NCBI GenBank assembly: GCA_029259185.1
Contig: JAPDJF010000044.1
Coordinates: 1-27,024, forward strand
Direction: 5' to 3'
Origin: Hadesarchaea archaeon
GTDB taxonomy: Archaea; Hadarchaeota; Hadarchaeia; Hadarchaeales; WYZ-LMO6
DNA: 27,024 bases
Part shown: positions 6,266-15,860 of the stretch, piece by piece
Layout of the letters: each line of letters begins with the position of its first letter
How positions within the stretch are numbered: position 1 is the first letter of the stretch
Program-made: the position numbers and the translations under genes
The notes under the pieces: model-generated
Told to the model about the DNA's origin: nothing
Databases searched by the model: none
What the model saw: only the letters and a program-made list of their open reading frames with translations

Positions 6266-9118
6266 ATGCGGACCTCGATAAATCCTTTTGAGGGGTTGAT
6301 CAAGCCTATCCGGAGCCTACTTTTGGAGCGGGGGTTTACTGAGCCTACCCCGCCACAGCGATTGGCAATACCCGCGATCTTGGAGGGTAAAAACGTCCTA
6401 CTCATAGCACCCAGCGGATCCGGAAAGACTGAGGGAGCGTTTTTGCCCATACTCCATCTTCTCCTCACCTCTCCAACCTATGGGCGGGGAGTGAAAGTGC
6501 TCTACATAACCCCCCTACGTGCTTTGAACAGGGACATGCTCGAACGATTGGAGTGGTGGTGCAGGGCCCTAGATCTGCGGATAGCCATCCGCCATGGGGA
6601 TACTCAACTTTCAGAAAGGCACAGACAAGCTTTGGTTCCTCCAGATGTGCTCATAACTACTCCAGAGAGTCTCCAGATCCTTCTCGTGGGCAGGAAACTC
6701 AGCCATCACCTAAGAGAGGTTCGGTGGGTAATAGTGGATGAAGTGCATGAGCTCGCTGACAATAAGAGAGGTGCCCAGCTCGCCCTTTCGCTTGAGAGGT
6801 TAAGGGAGCTCTGTGGAAGGGAGTTCCAGATAGTGGGATTGTCGGCCACTATCGGGTCTCCAGATGAGGTTGCGAGGTTCTTGGTTGGCGAGCGGAGACC
6901 ATGTGAAGTTCTAGATGTGGGCATGGTGAAAGAGCTGGATCTAAAAGTAGTCTATCCTCACCCCACTAGTGTTGATCGAGCCCTAGCTTCAAAGCTTTAT
7001 ACTTTCCCCCAGGTAGCTGCCCGGATGCGGAAAATGCGAGAACTCATAGAGAACCATGGGTCAACCCTCATCTTTACGAACACTCGGCCTATGGCTGAGA
7101 TCCTCGCCAACCGATTCAAGCTTTGGGATATCGAGTTTCCCATAAGTGTTCATCACGGTTCACTCTCAAGTTTTTCGAGGGTAAGAGCAGAGCGTGGATT
7201 GAAGCATGGAGAATTCAAAGCACTGGTGAGTACTTCTTCTCTCGAATTGGGTCTCGACATCGGGAGTGTGGATCTCGTCATCCAGTATAACTCACCTCGA
7301 CAAGTGACTAGACTCCTCCAACGGGTTGGAAGAAGCGGACATAGGATAGGGGAGATAGCGAAGGGGGTGATTGTAGTTCAGGACTCTGACGACATGCTGG
7401 AGTCAATGGTCATAGCTTCCCGTGCTAAGCGAGGAGAACTTGAGCGGGTGAAGATTCAGGAAAAGCCGCTCGATGTTTTGTTTCACTCTCTCGTCTCTTT
7501 CTTGATATCGGGGCGAGGAGGTGAGGTGGAGAAAGTCTGTGAGCTCTTCAGACGAGCATACCCGTTCCGGAACTTGGAGATAGAAGAAGTGTTGAAGGTC
7601 CAGAGGTTCGGTCAGGGGTTGAGCCCCAGACTCTTCTGGGTCTCGGAGGATGGTAAAGAATTTTCAAGGGCTAAATCGTCGAAAGCGGTGTTCGAGTACT
7701 ATTTCGGGAATCTTTCGATGATTCCAGACCTCAAACAATATTTGGTGGTGGACGATGAGTTGAACCAACCTGTAGGTATCCTTGACGAGTCGTTTATAGC
7801 TGAATATGGAGAACCGGGAGTGAAATTCACGCTGGGGGGAGAGATATGGAGGATAGTCCAAGTCTTTGGCTCTAAGGTTTACGTTAGGCGGGATGACGAT
7901 CCCGTGGGGGCGGTCCCGACTTGGATAGGGGAGGAAATTCCAGTTCCGTTCTCTATTGCCCAGGAGGTAGGGGCTGTGAGGAGAAAAGTGGAAGAGGCTT
8001 TCAGAAATGGAAAGACAGAGGAGAGGATCGTAGAAGAACTTGCCCGTGAGTATGGAGTTGACGGGGAAAACTTAAAACCTCCCGTGTCTGAAATGATCTC
8101 TCAGCTTAGACTCGGGTTACCTCTTCCCACGGATAGGCGCTTGACGGTAGAGAGGATAGGGGAAATTTGTGTATTGAATGCGTGTCTTGGGACCCTCGTG
8201 AATCGTACGCTGGCAAGATTTATCGCCCACAGGATATCCTCTGAGTTCATCGAGGTAGTGGCATCCAAGATCGATCCGTACCGGATAGTCTTCCGTTCAC
8301 CTTCGGTGGATCCGGAGATGGTGGTGAAATTTGTGGAAGAGTCCCCGAGGTTCCAAGAGGATTTAAGGAAAATTGTTGAGGAAAGCAGGTTCTTCAGGTG
8401 GCGTTTGGTGCAAGTAGCTAGGAGAATGGGTGTGCTCAAGCGGGAGGTGGAGCTCTCAAATTCCCTGGTGGAGAAACTCGTGATAGCTTTGAGGGGAACT
8501 CCAGCGTTTGAGGAGACTTTTAACGAGGTTGTCCACAGAGATTTGGATCTCGAGCAAACTATGGAGGTGTTTAAACGTGTGGGTAGGGGGGAAATCGAGG
8601 TGGTTTCGCTGGGGGAAAGGGAGAGTCCAACTCCGATGTCGGCACCCCTCTGGAGGCAACAATCTGTGGGTATGGATCCTATTGCACCAAGGCGCTTGAA
8701 GCTTCTCGCAATGGCATCGGCTAAGGCTAGGCTTCTGAGCGAGGTTAGGACGTTCGCTTGCGTTACGTGTAAAGGATGGGTTCAGGAGTTCAGCATTGCC
8801 AACCTAGATGAAAAACCCATATGTCCGAAATGTGGGAGTCACATGGTGGGCATGGTAGAAGAGCCAGCAGAGGATGTAAGGAGGGCTGTCGAGCTCTTGG
8901 AGCGGGGAAAAGAAAACGAGGTGTGGAAAAGACTCGTGAAGACTTCGGAGGTAATTGGGGAATACGGGAAGCTTGCGGCAATAGCTCTGGCGGGTAGGGG
9001 TATAACACCGTCGGTTGCTAGGGAGATTCTGAAGAAGGAAAAGAGTTTTTCCACTTCTTTTCTCCAAACTTTGCTTTTGAGGGAGAAGAGTGCGATGCTC
9101 AGGAGATGGGGTGGCTAA
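6266..9118 (+). CDS. lhr: Lhr-family SF2 ATP-dependent helicase with C-terminal Zn finger
   Basis: APSGSGKT, YITPLRALNRD, DEVH, GLSAT, HHGSLS, SLELGLDIG, QRVGRSGH, IPD..Y and VPTW.GE motifs; C-terminal CVTC...CPKC. Confidence 0.93.
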   Translation: MRTSINPFEGLIKPIRSLLLERGFTEPTPPQRLAIPAILEGKNVLLIAPSGSGKTEGAFLPILHLLLTSPTYGRGVKVLYITPLRALNRDMLERLEWWCRALDLRIAIRHGDTQLSERHRQALVPPDVLITTPESLQILLVGRKLSHHLREVRWVIVDEVHELADNKRGAQLALSLERLRELCGREFQIVGLSATIGSPDEVARFLVGERRPCEVLDVGMVKELDLKVVYPHPTSVDRALASKLYTFPQVAARMRKMRELIENHGSTLIFTNTRPMAEILANRFKLWDIEFPISVHHGSLSSFSRVRAERGLKHGEFKALVSTSSLELGLDIGSVDLVIQYNSPRQVTRLLQRVGRSGHRIGEIAKGVIVVQDSDDMLESMVIASRAKRGELERVKIQEKPLDVLFHSLVSFLISGRGGEVEKVCELFRRAYPFRNLEIEEVLKVQRFGQGLSPRLFWVSEDGKEFSRAKSSKAVFEYYFGNLSMIPDLKQYLVVDDELNQPVGILDESFIAEYGEPGVKFTLGGEIWRIVQVFGSKVYVRRDDDPVGAVPTWIGEEIPVPFSIAQEVGAVRRKVEEAFRNGKTEERIVEELAREYGVDGENLKPPVSEMISQLRLGLPLPTDRRLTVERIGEICVLNACLGTLVNRTLARFIAHRISSEFIEVVASKIDPYRIVFRSPSVDPEMVVKFVEESPRFQEDLRKIVEESRFFRWRLVQVARRMGVLKREVELSNSLVEKLVIALRGTPAFEETFNEVVHRDLDLEQTMEVFKRVGRGEIEVVSLGERESPTPMSAPLWRQQSVGMDPIAPRRLKLLAMASAKARLLSEVRTFACVTCKGWVQEFSIANLDEKPICPKCGSHMVGMVEEPAEDVRRAVELLERGKENEVWKRLVKTSEVIGEYGKLAAIALAGRGITPSVAREILKKEKSFSTSFLQTLLLREKSAMLRRWGG

Positions 9119-10356
9119 GGTTTCTCCCTTTCCACGATGGTAGCTATTCCTACTCCCCCGCCTCCACAGAGTGTTTGGAGTCCGTACCGCAGGTTCTTGC
9201 GTGCCATCCAGTGAACCATTTCCGTGAAGTAGAGGACACCTGTGCACCCGATTGGATGCCCAATGGATATTGCACCACCGGTTGGATTTATGCGCGGGTC
9301 ATCAAATGCCACACCGAATTCTTTACAGAACGCTAGTACCGGGGAGGCAAAGGCTTCGTTCGGTTCCCATACGTCGATATCGTCCATTTGAAGCCCTGCT
9401 CGGTTCAACGCTTTCTTCATGGCAGGTATAGGTCCCAAAAGCATGGTGACAGGGTCACTACCCGCTACCGCCATGGATTTTATCTTCGCCATGGGTTTTA
9501 GTCCCAGATCGTCCGCTTTTTCTCGTGTCATGAGCATGACTGCGGCAGCTCCGTCAACGATGGCAGAAGAGTTCCCTGCGGTAACGGTTCCACCTTCTTT
9601 GAACCCAGGCGGGAGAGCTTTCATTCGCTCATACGCGGTTTTGGGATCATCAAGTGCTTGGGCTCTGGGGGGTTCATCTGTCTCTACCATCACTTTTTCC
9701 CCCTCGCGTCCAACTTCTACTGGGACGATCTTTTTTTCGTACCATTCACGCTCCCTGATAGCCTTCACAGCTTTTTGATGACTCCAGAGACCGAATCTAT
9801 CTTGCTCTTCTCTGCTCAACTCGTACCGCTCGGCAACGATTTCTGCCGCTACACCCATCACGGTAAAGGCTCCCCTCTCCTCAGCGCGCTGATGGATTGA
9901 GACTGGGAAGCCAGCTTTCATTGCCGCCTCTAAATCAGACCCCATTGGATAATGACTCATGTGTTCCACCCCAGCTGCTATCGCTATTTCCCCACACCCA
10001 CTCATGAGGGCTTGTGCTTGGGAGTTTATAGCCTGGAGTCCAGCATTGCAATAACGGTTAACGGTCCAACCGCATACTTCGTCGGGCAAGTCAGCAGCTA
10101 GCACTCCTACCCTCCCTATGTTCAAACCTTGTTCTCCGATCTGGCTCAGACATCCCACGGCAACATCCTCTATCTCACGTTCATCGAATGCACCCGATTT
10201 CTCCTTTACACGGTCTGCAAGTCCCCTGAGTGCGGTGGCGAGCAGATGTTGGGCTGAAACTTCTGCGAACATACCTCTTTTTTTAGTTCCAGCCCACCCC
10301 GATTTGCCCGTAGGTGTTCTGACCGCCTCTACGACCACCACTTCTTTCAAGTCCAT
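9115..10356 (-). CDS. Thiolase (acetyl-CoA C-acyltransferase)
   Basis: VRTP.G, NRYC (nucleophile Cys), TAGNSS.IVDGAA, NEAFA, GHPIGCTG, LCGGGG.G. Confidence 0.95.
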   Translation of the reverse strand: MDLKEVVVVEAVRTPTGKSGWAGTKKRGMFAEVSAQHLLATALRGLADRVKEKSGAFDEREIEDVAVGCLSQIGEQGLNIGRVGVLAADLPDEVCGWTVNRYCNAGLQAINSQAQALMSGCGEIAIAAGVEHMSHYPMGSDLEAAMKAGFPVSIHQRAEERGAFTVMGVAAEIVAERYELSREEQDRFGLWSHQKAVKAIREREWYEKKIVPVEVGREGEKVMVETDEPPRAQALDDPKTAYERMKALPPGFKEGGTVTAGNSSAIVDGAAAVMLMTREKADDLGLKPMAKIKSMAVAGSDPVTMLLGPIPAMKKALNRAGLQMDDIDVWEPNEAFASPVLAFCKEFGVAFDDPRINPTGGAISIGHPIGCTGVLYFTEMVHWMARKNLRYGLQTLCGGGGVGIATIVEREKP

Positions 10357-10438
10357 TTTCTGAATAAGATCAAGACCCCTAGGTTTAGATTTTTTTCTCC
10401 TCTAGGAGCTAGGTAATTTCTGTTGTGGGTGTTGGGTT

Positions 10439-10990
10439 TCACTCCCACCATCGCTTGGATCTGGGCATAGCGATGATCTCTCGTACTTCAAGTCTCTTCT
10501 TCATGTCTCCATCAAGCATATCTTCAGGTGTTGCGGCCTTCAGGATCAATGCGGTATCGGCACCTCTCGCCGTTCCCCCTATCCCTATTACTTCCTCTCC
10601 GGGTCTTATAGCTCCCCTCTCCGTAGCCATTACCACCACCTCGACAGCAACTTTGAACCCTTGGCCCAACATGTAAAGAGCCTTCCTGAGTTCGAGGCCC
10701 ATTTTCCGGAAAATCGGAAAACAGTTTTCAAATATAATGACGTTTCTCTTTTCAAGTTCCTTTTTCGCTTTCTTTCTCAACCTTTTCATGGAGATAACTA
10801 CGATTTTGGTGTCTCCCTTCACGCGTTCAGCTAGTTGTAGAGCAGTTTCACCCGAATCGCTCGCGACCACGATTTTGTTGATTCCAGTTTCTTTTGCTCT
10901 TTTCACCACAGCGTTGATTACCTCATCAGTGTTCGCAGCTCCCGGTTTCTGAAAATAGATATCTCTCCTCTCCACTCGCTCCGGAACCAT
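10439..10990 (-). CDS. Pyruvate-kinase C-terminal-like domain protein (MTH1675-type, function unknown)
   Basis: YF.KPG..NT, IVVAS.SGETA, GQGFKVAVEV..MA...G, GIGGT.RGADTA, REIIAMP. ATG 10990 lies about 25 nt below a TTAATA box. Confidence 0.82.
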   Translation of the reverse strand: MVPERVERRDIYFQKPGAANTDEVINAVVKRAKETGINKIVVASDSGETALQLAERVKGDTKIVVISMKRLRKKAKKELEKRNVIIFENCFPIFRKMGLELRKALYMLGQGFKVAVEVVVMATERGAIRPGEEVIGIGGTARGADTALILKAATPEDMLDGDMKKRLEVREIIAMPRSKRWWE

Positions 10991-11181
10991 ACGCTCTTTT
11001 CTCAAAAGAATACGTATTAATCTTCCGTAGGGACCGTGGGTTCTTGGTGAGTTGGAGATTTGGGCTTTCCGCGATACGGAGAGTCACTAGATCGATTTGG
11101 GAGGGCCGAATGGTAGGTTTTTGGGAGAAGGCCTCCGCGAAGAGTTTTTTTCATGGGTTTTACAATCAGCTCGGTAGGTGA

Positions 11182-12354
11182 GTGGGTTCGATCCAGGATC
11201 TCCGGACATTGCTGGTCGTGGGTGTTAACACGAGACCCGTAGTTAAGTCCGCCAAAGCTCTCGGTTTAAAGGTCATCGCAGTAGATAGATTTTGCGATTT
11301 GGACCTCCTCTCTGTGGCCGATCGCGTTCTTCCTCCTGCCCCTCCCTCGCCGGGTAGCCATCCCGATTTTCTAAAGTTGAGTACTCAAGCTTTCGAGGCT
11401 TATGAGGTGGATGGTGTCATCCTCGCTTCAGGGGTTGAGCATGATGTCAAATTGCTCAAGGTGCTTACGAAACGCTCGAGAATACTGGGTAACGATTTGA
11501 GGAGGCTTAGGAGTTGCATGGAGAAAAAGTATTTTCGAATAGCCGAGAAAGTCGGAATCCCCTTTCCACCCACCGAGCGTGTTAATTCACTCGATCGAGC
11601 ACTCACGGTAGCGGAGGATATGGGGTATCCGGTAGTGGTCAAGCCTTCTTTTGGGGGAGGGGGAATAGGAATAAGATTGGCGAGATCGGAGATCGAGATG
11701 AAACAAGCATTTGAACACGCGATTTCCTTTGGGGATGGGAAATCCGTGTACGTACAGAAATATGTGGAAGGCACTGACATAAGCACAAGTGTTCTCTCCG
11801 ATGGAGAGCGTGCCAAGTGTTTGACAGTAAATGAACAGATAATCGGGAATGAGTTCCTCGCTTGCCCCCGACCGTTCGGATACTGTGGGGCAGTAGTGCC
11901 TTTTTCCACGAGAAGAGATGTGTTGAGGGAAGTACGGACATATTCAGAAGATATATGTGTGGAGCTAGGCCTCGTGGGAACGAACGGTGTGGATTTTGTT
12001 CTTTCTGACAGGCCGTACCTCATAGAGGTTAATCCAAGATTTCAGAGTACCATCGATTGCGTTGAGTTGGTACTCAGAATAAACCTCGTTGAGGAGCATC
12101 TTAGGTGGTGTGGTATGGAATCTAGAAGCTATGGGAAACCCCGGGGATTTTCCGTGAAGCTAATCCTCTATACCAAAAAGGACTTAGTAGCCCCTAGGCT
12201 CAGGGGGGTTCCAGGAGTCATCGACATACCTTGGGAAGGGCAGCGTATTCTAGCCGGGCGGCCGCTTTGCAGTGTTCTGGAGTTTGGAGAAAGGAGAGAG
12301 GAAGTTGTGGAGAGGGCTTATGAGAGGGCTGGCATTGTTTATTCTTTTTGTTGA
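11182..12354 (+). CDS. ATP-grasp carboligase (COG2232-like; C1-cofactor-cluster associated)
   Basis: G.NTRP...SA..LG...A.D.F.DLDL N-terminus, VVKP..GGGG.GI, Q.YVEG, GTNGVDF, IEVNPRFQ.T; AGGTGA RBS. Confidence 0.85.
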   Translation: MGSIQDLRTLLVVGVNTRPVVKSAKALGLKVIAVDRFCDLDLLSVADRVLPPAPPSPGSHPDFLKLSTQAFEAYEVDGVILASGVEHDVKLLKVLTKRSRILGNDLRRLRSCMEKKYFRIAEKVGIPFPPTERVNSLDRALTVAEDMGYPVVVKPSFGGGGIGIRLARSEIEMKQAFEHAISFGDGKSVYVQKYVEGTDISTSVLSDGERAKCLTVNEQIIGNEFLACPRPFGYCGAVVPFSTRRDVLREVRTYSEDICVELGLVGTNGVDFVLSDRPYLIEVNPRFQSTIDCVELVLRINLVEEHLRWCGMESRSYGKPRGFSVKLILYTKKDLVAPRLRGVPGVIDIPWEGQRILAGRPLCSVLEFGERREEVVERAYERAGIVYSFC

Positions 12355-13067
12355 ACTTTTTCAAGTTCTTCTCTCCCTATCCTTCCGCTGTGGAGAGCAG
12401 TGGCTACGAGTACCCCTGCTATTCCTATCTTTTGTAAGAACCTTAGATCCATCCCATGTCTCGTTCCACCGCCGGTAAGCAAGGGAACCGTGGCTATCCG
12501 AAGGGCTCTTTCGATTAGGGCGACATTCGGCCCCACGTTAGTTCCTACCCTATCGAGATTCAACAAAAGGATTTCCGATACTCCCGCGTCCTCGAAGTTT
12601 TGGATCACATTTGCGAGCGGTCTTTTTACCTCTTTAGATGAAGCCACGACCCTCCCCCCCTTCAGATCTATACTTCCTACCAAAGGACGCCCATAATCTA
12701 GAGCTTTCCTAACTTCTTCAAAGTTTTCAAGCGTTTCAGTAGCCATCACTATCTTGTTCGCTCCTCTTTCCACATAAGGTTCAATTTCTTTTGCCCTTCT
12801 GAATCCAGCGTCGACCATGAGCATGACGTTGGTCTCTTCGGACAATTTTTCTATTACTTGAAGGTTATTTCCGATGGATTCTATGGCATTGAGATCAGCC
12901 ACGTATACCTCTCTCAGTCCGAGATTCTCGAATGCCAGAACAATCGAGAGTGGATCAGGATCCGGTGTCAGAACACTTTTGACCGGCGCATACTCCTTCC
13001 TTCGTCCACCTACTGCGTGTACGGCGAGCCCATTCAGCAGGTCCACCACGGGTATTACTCTCATCAC
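12339..13067 (-). CDS. HisA/HisF-related TIM-barrel protein (Orf17-like, C1-cofactor linked)
   Basis: IPVVDL..G.AVHAVGG.R..Y.P, YVADLNAI, VDAG, ATETL, LDRVGT..GP, GGG.R, LVATALH.G. Confidence 0.88.
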   Translation of the reverse strand: MMRVIPVVDLLNGLAVHAVGGRRKEYAPVKSVLTPDPDPLSIVLAFENLGLREVYVADLNAIESIGNNLQVIEKLSEETNVMLMVDAGFRRAKEIEPYVERGANKIVMATETLENFEEVRKALDYGRPLVGSIDLKGGRVVASSKEVKRPLANVIQNFEDAGVSEILLLNLDRVGTNVGPNVALIERALRIATVPLLTGGGTRHGMDLRFLQKIGIAGVLVATALHSGRIGREELEKVQQKE

Positions 13068-13108
13068 ATCACTTTTCGAGATTCATGTTTCCAACAATTA
13101 GATCCGAT

Positions 13109-13756
13109 TCACAGAGAAATTTCTTTTGCTGGCCGGATTTGGGTACATACAGTTTTCTTTGAGGTTAACACACCCTTTATCCTGTTTGGATGCTTGCCGT
13201 TGACGATCCAACAAGTTATTCCTCCCTTCTCTAGTAGCCAAGATATTTCCTTGTCGACCACAGGTTGGTTCACCCTCTTTAGGTCTCCCGTGGTCAAAAG
13301 ATTTCTCCTTCTTCCCCCCACTCGGATCCCGTCGGTCATCTTCACCAAGATGAGTTTTTTGCACCCAACCCGCAGAGAAACCCATGCTGATATCGAATCC
13401 GAGGTGACGTCCCAGCATCTCTTAAGATCCTCACAGCGATCGAGTTCTCGGAAGGGGAGAAAGATTGTGCATCCTGAACTCAGACTTTCTAAAGATTCGG
13501 TGAGCCTCGATCCTTCGATGAGCTCATGCAGGACGATCCCGTAAACATTCATCGCGAGGAGGGCCACGGAGTGGGCAGTCTCGTCTGAGAACTTCAAGTC
13601 CTTTTGGAGCTTCCTTATCACCCTCGCAAGTCTCCCTCCGCCCGGAACCACGAGGATGTTGTATTCTTTCGAAACGGTAGCAAGGGTCATGCAGAGTTTC
13701 CTCAAGTCCTTCGGGTCGGCTTGGAGACTTCCCCCTATTTTTATTACGGCATCCAT
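13109..13756 (-). CDS. mfnE: [5-(aminomethyl)furan-3-yl]methyl phosphate kinase (amino-acid kinase family)
   Basis: VIKIGGSL, VPGGG.LA, AH..A..AM, WDVTSDSISAW, K.TDG; operon context with mfnB/D/F. Confidence 0.85.
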   Translation of the reverse strand: MDAVIKIGGSLQADPKDLRKLCMTLATVSKEYNILVVPGGGRLARVIRKLQKDLKFSDETAHSVALLAMNVYGIVLHELIEGSRLTESLESLSSGCTIFLPFRELDRCEDLKRCWDVTSDSISAWVSLRVGCKKLILVKMTDGIRVGGRRRNLLTTGDLKRVNQPVVDKEISWLLEKGGITCWIVNGKHPNRIKGVLTSKKTVCTQIRPAKEISL

Positions 13757-14754
13757 ATCGTGGCCTCTTGGGCTAGAACCCCTGCCCCCAACGCAGGTGT
13801 CATCACCGCACCACCTTCACCGTAGATCTCACCCAGATCCACGGTTTTCTTGAAGCCAGCCTTTCGTGCAGATTTTTCTGCTAAAATTTTTCTCCCTACC
13901 CCTGAGATCACGATCTCGGAGTCGTGTGGGATCCTGTATCGCCTTGCCACCTTGACGATCCCCTTAACGATGGATTTTATTTGTTCTTCGTGGAGAGCTC
14001 TAGCAGCCTTCACAATGAACTCTTTTCCGAGTTCCTCCAAGTCAGAACAGAAAATCCTCGCAATGCGCCGAGAACAACTTTCGACATCCTTCCCTCTTCC
14101 ATCGGGAGTCTCGCAGTTGTACTCTTTCTCTCCTATCATTCCCAACACCGTGTACACATCACCCATTATCGAAAAGTTTTCTGAGGCAGTCCCTACTCCT
14201 CTGATTTCCCGGAGCACACAGGTGGTGGGAGTACGTAGGATCCCGGTGTAGACTAGTTCCCCCCTCTTCAATCGTTGGAAATCCGTGCTCCCCAAATTGG
14301 CCACTTTTCCGCCCGCGATGGGGGTTATATCAGTAGTCGTGCTTCCGACATCCACGAAGAGACATTCCGGAAACTTTCTCTTCACGATTTCAGCGCTTGC
14401 TACCCAATTAGCAGCAGCGAGTTTTCGAGGTTCGTTTTTGGCCTTGTTGGATTTTAGCACCCTCCCATCGATCGTCACGAAAAAGCAGTGCTCTCCGAAC
14501 ACCCTCTCTACCTCCTTAACAATTTTTTTCGCACCGATAACTTTTGTTTTAAATACATCAGAGAGCTCTCCCGTCATCACAGCACCTATCACGCTCAGGT
14601 TTGGTATTCCAGCCAACTCTCTGAGGAAACCCTTCAGTCTCTCCCACTCCTTCCAAAGAGGGATGTAACGGATCGAATAGTCTATGATTTTCTCACCATC
14701 GAGCAGAATAGCTTTAGTGTTGGCTCCACCCACATCAATACCTAGAGAACGCAT
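13744..14754 (-). CDS. mfnF: MfnF, hydantoinase/oxoprolinase-family methanofuran biosynthesis protein
   Basis: GIDVGGANTK, PLWK, MTGELSD.F, AAANWVASA, DVGSTTTDI.P, GELVYTG.LRT, TPDGRGK. Confidence 0.92.
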   Translation of the reverse strand: MRSLGIDVGGANTKAILLDGEKIIDYSIRYIPLWKEWERLKGFLRELAGIPNLSVIGAVMTGELSDVFKTKVIGAKKIVKEVERVFGEHCFFVTIDGRVLKSNKAKNEPRKLAAANWVASAEIVKRKFPECLFVDVGSTTTDITPIAGGKVANLGSTDFQRLKRGELVYTGILRTPTTCVLREIRGVGTASENFSIMGDVYTVLGMIGEKEYNCETPDGRGKDVESCSRRIARIFCSDLEELGKEFIVKAARALHEEQIKSIVKGIVKVARRYRIPHDSEIVISGVGRKILAEKSARKAGFKKTVDLGEIYGEGGAVMTPALGAGVLAQEATIWMP

Positions 14755-15859
14755 CTACTCCAACTCCGAGTAGCCCCGATATTCTCTCCAGCGCATCTTT
14801 AATCTCCTTTTGGGCGTTGGTACTCTTCTTCCCAGATCCCGTCAGTACCATACGTGAGACCCTCCCCCTGCCGAAAGGTACAGGAGGTGTTACGAGCGCG
14901 CGGATCTCTTTTAACTCATCGAGCAGATTCCACTCCAACCCCCCACTTTTTCGGAGTGTGTATATCCTGATGACCGCGTGCCCCTTGAGGGTAGGTCTTT
15001 TGACTTCGATTCCTTCAAGCATTCCCTTTATCAGCATCTCAGCTAAGTTCTCTCGAATAACGCGGGTGAGTCCCACGAAGGACGTTGTGATTCTGGGGTT
15101 CATCTCTATGAAATATGGAGTTTTTCTTATGACCATGTCTACTCCGCAAAGTCCCCTCACGCCCAAGAGCTTCGCACTCTTGCTGGCCAAGGACTCACAT
15201 TCTCTCGACAAATGAGAATTCAACTCTAAAGGGATCCGGCTCCCCGAGTACCTGAATTCTCTCCCGCACACGAAGACTTCCTGTTCGTTGAGTGAAAGGG
15301 GGGTGACATGGTCGGTGACCATAAGGCAGCAACTGGCGTGGGTACCATTGATGAACTCTTGAAAAATTGTCTTTCCTGATCTTTTACCGTTAAAAAACTT
15401 GACACCAGTACTCCCCACCCCTCTAACGGGCTTAGCCACCGCTTTCTCGATGTTCGGTGGTTTCCTCCAAGTATTCGGTAGTCTCACCTCAGCTTTGAGT
15501 CTGAGGTACGTTGCCCACTTGTCACCTGAGAGCCGTACAGCTTTCCCATCACTTCCTAGCACTCGGATACCTTTCTTTTCAAACCATTCCGTTAGTTCAG
15601 CGAGTTTCGGTTCTGGTCCTATCAATAGGGCAGCATCTGGGTCAAAATGCAGCATCTCCAGCAACGAGCCTCGGACGATCTTTACTTCAGTATCGATTAA
15701 ACTGGCAAGCCTTTGGAATTTTTTGTGGAGGGGGGCCACAACATCGAAACCCGAATCTTTAAATTCTCTTACCATGGTTCTTAGGAAAGCGAACCCCTCT
15801 GGGAAGAGAGATAGTTCGCCTCCCAAGCCAGAGACGGTCTCTAGGATCAGTACCCGCAG
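14735..15859 (-). CDS. mfnD: ATP-grasp tyramine--L-glutamate ligase-like protein; probable CTG start
   Basis: EG.A.L.....F, IGPE, DKW.TY..L, KP..G.GS.G, QEFI.G.HAS, PLSLNEQ, GVD, IEMNPRITTS. The frame extends upstream to CTG 15859 (RVLILE), which is preceded by GGTGA. Confidence 0.82.
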   Translation of the reverse strand: MRVLILETVSGLGGELSLFPEGFAFLRTMVREFKDSGFDVVAPLHKKFQRLASLIDTEVKIVRGSLLEMLHFDPDAALLIGPEPKLAELTEWFEKKGIRVLGSDGKAVRLSGDKWATYLRLKAEVRLPNTWRKPPNIEKAVAKPVRGVGSTGVKFFNGKRSGKTIFQEFINGTHASCCLMVTDHVTPLSLNEQEVFVCGREFRYSGSRIPLELNSHLSRECESLASKSAKLLGVRGLCGVDMVIRKTPYFIEMNPRITTSFVGLTRVIRENLAEMLIKGMLEGIEVKRPTLKGHAVIRIYTLRKSGGLEWNLLDELKEIRALVTPPVPFGRGRVSRMVLTGSGKKSTNAQKEIKDALERISGLLGVGVDAFSRY

Positions 15860-15860
15860 C

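Noticed and set aside
11009-11018. Perfect palindrome AATACGTATT in the divergent intergenic region
   Set aside because: It is short, AT-rich and overlaps the probable TATA box, so it cannot be distinguished from chance.
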